This document shows positions 24,101 to 24,457 of a stretch of 24,457 nt of DNA, piece after piece. Below the pieces are notes generated by a model. That model was given only the letters and a program-made list of their open reading frames with translations, was not told the DNA's origin and searched no databases. A program made the position numbers and the translations under genes. The stretch comes from a virus. Its lineage: Duplodnaviria > Heunggongvirae > Uroviricota > Caudoviricetes. The stretch covers positions 64,001-88,457 of the IMG/VR virus record IMGVR_UViG_3300035208_005614. One strand, given 5' to 3'. Each line of letters starts with the position of its first letter. Within the stretch, counting starts at the first letter, position 1.

Positions 24101-24331
24101 TTATTTTAAAGCGGCTTCAACATCTCCTTCATTAAAGCCTTTAAGGATCTTCTTACCAATCACTATAACTGGAACTCCCATCTGTTCGCTAATCTCTATC
24201 ATCTTCTTTCTTGCTACAAGATCTTTTTGAACATCGATCGATTCATATTTCAAACCTTTCGAATTAAAATAATCTTTGGCAACCTGACAGTAATGACACG
24301 TAGGTGTCGAATATATTGTTATTTTTTTCAT
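24101..24331 (-). CDS. Glutaredoxin / NrdH-like redoxin (start re-assigned to MKKITIY)
   Basis: ITIYSTPTCHYC (CxxC), GVPV cis-Pro motif, GF; TAACATG junction at 24333/24331. Confidence 0.88.
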   Translation of the reverse strand: MKKITIYSTPTCHYCQVAKDYFNSKGLKYESIDVQKDLVARKKMIEISEQMGVPVIVIGKKILKGFNEGDVEAALK

Positions 24332-24332
24332 G

Positions 24333-24440
24333 TTATTTTTTTGCATCTATCCACATCATCTCTGTTAAGATTACTGTGCCTGGCGCGTAATTTGCTACGC
24401 CTTTATAAGCTTTCTGTGGCATCATCTCAGGACTGTTTGT
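24333..24440 (-). CDS. C-terminal fragment of an upstream ORF, truncated by the contig end
   Basis: Open frame TNSPEMMPQKAYKGVANYAPGTVILTEMMWIDAKK ending TAA one base before the glutaredoxin ATG. Confidence 0.5.
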   Translation of the reverse strand, partial: TNSPEMMPQKAYKGVANYAPGTVILTEMMWIDAKK

Positions 24441-24441
24441 T

Positions 24442-24457
24442 AGATCGGAAGAGCGTC
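24442..24457 (+). other. Illumina TruSeq adapter remnant (artefact)
   Basis: AGATCGGAAGAGCGTC exactly at the 3' end. Confidence 0.95.

Larger units (their letters stand above)
1..24441 (-). mobile_element. Tailed dsDNA phage genome segment (podovirus-like head, packaging and lysis modules); no integrase or host flank seen
   Basis: Co-oriented TerS-TerL-portal-scaffold-major capsid-fibre-lysis genes with tight gene packing. Confidence 0.93.

Noticed and set aside
1-24441. Stop-codon reassignment (codes 15, 4 or 25)
   Set aside because: Core genes are full length in code 11, and TAG and TGA both end genes right before the next start or promoter
1-24441. CRISPR array, tRNA/rRNA genes, introns or inteins, integrase or att site
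   Set aside because: No regularly spaced direct repeats, cloverleaf-like segments, splicing motifs, oversized core genes or recombinase seen by eye

Overview
The whole window is one segment of a tailed dsDNA phage genome, roughly one-third GC by eye, with every credible gene on the minus strand. In transcription order (right to left): a partial ORF, glutaredoxin, HU-like protein, a 1131-aa internal/ejection protein, two hypotheticals, TerS, TerL, portal, an array of 11 small mostly Lys-rich genes, scaffold, HK97-fold major capsid protein, head-accessory and lectin-like proteins, a methyltransferase + glycosyltransferase cassette, a 961-aa modular fibre, and a lysis cassette (membrane protein, papain-like peptidase with a peptidoglycan-binding domain, partial holin). 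No integrase, host genes, RNA genes or CRISPR array are visible. The last 16 nt are Illumina adapter. Three signals are not explained by the gene list. (1) A 17-bp promoter-like element, TAGGACTRTG-N-TAnnnT, occurs 5 times exactly plus 2 variants, and 6 of the 7 lie 6-9 nt before an ATG, implying near-leaderless, SD-free transcripts. (2) The terminal linear motif [ILV][ILV]KKx[hydrophobic]x[K/S] is shared by 7 small basic proteins that are otherwise mostly unrelated. (3) The MTase-GT cassette has its own sigma70-type promoter, palindrome and terminator. All functional calls come from motif recognition by eye; no searches were run.
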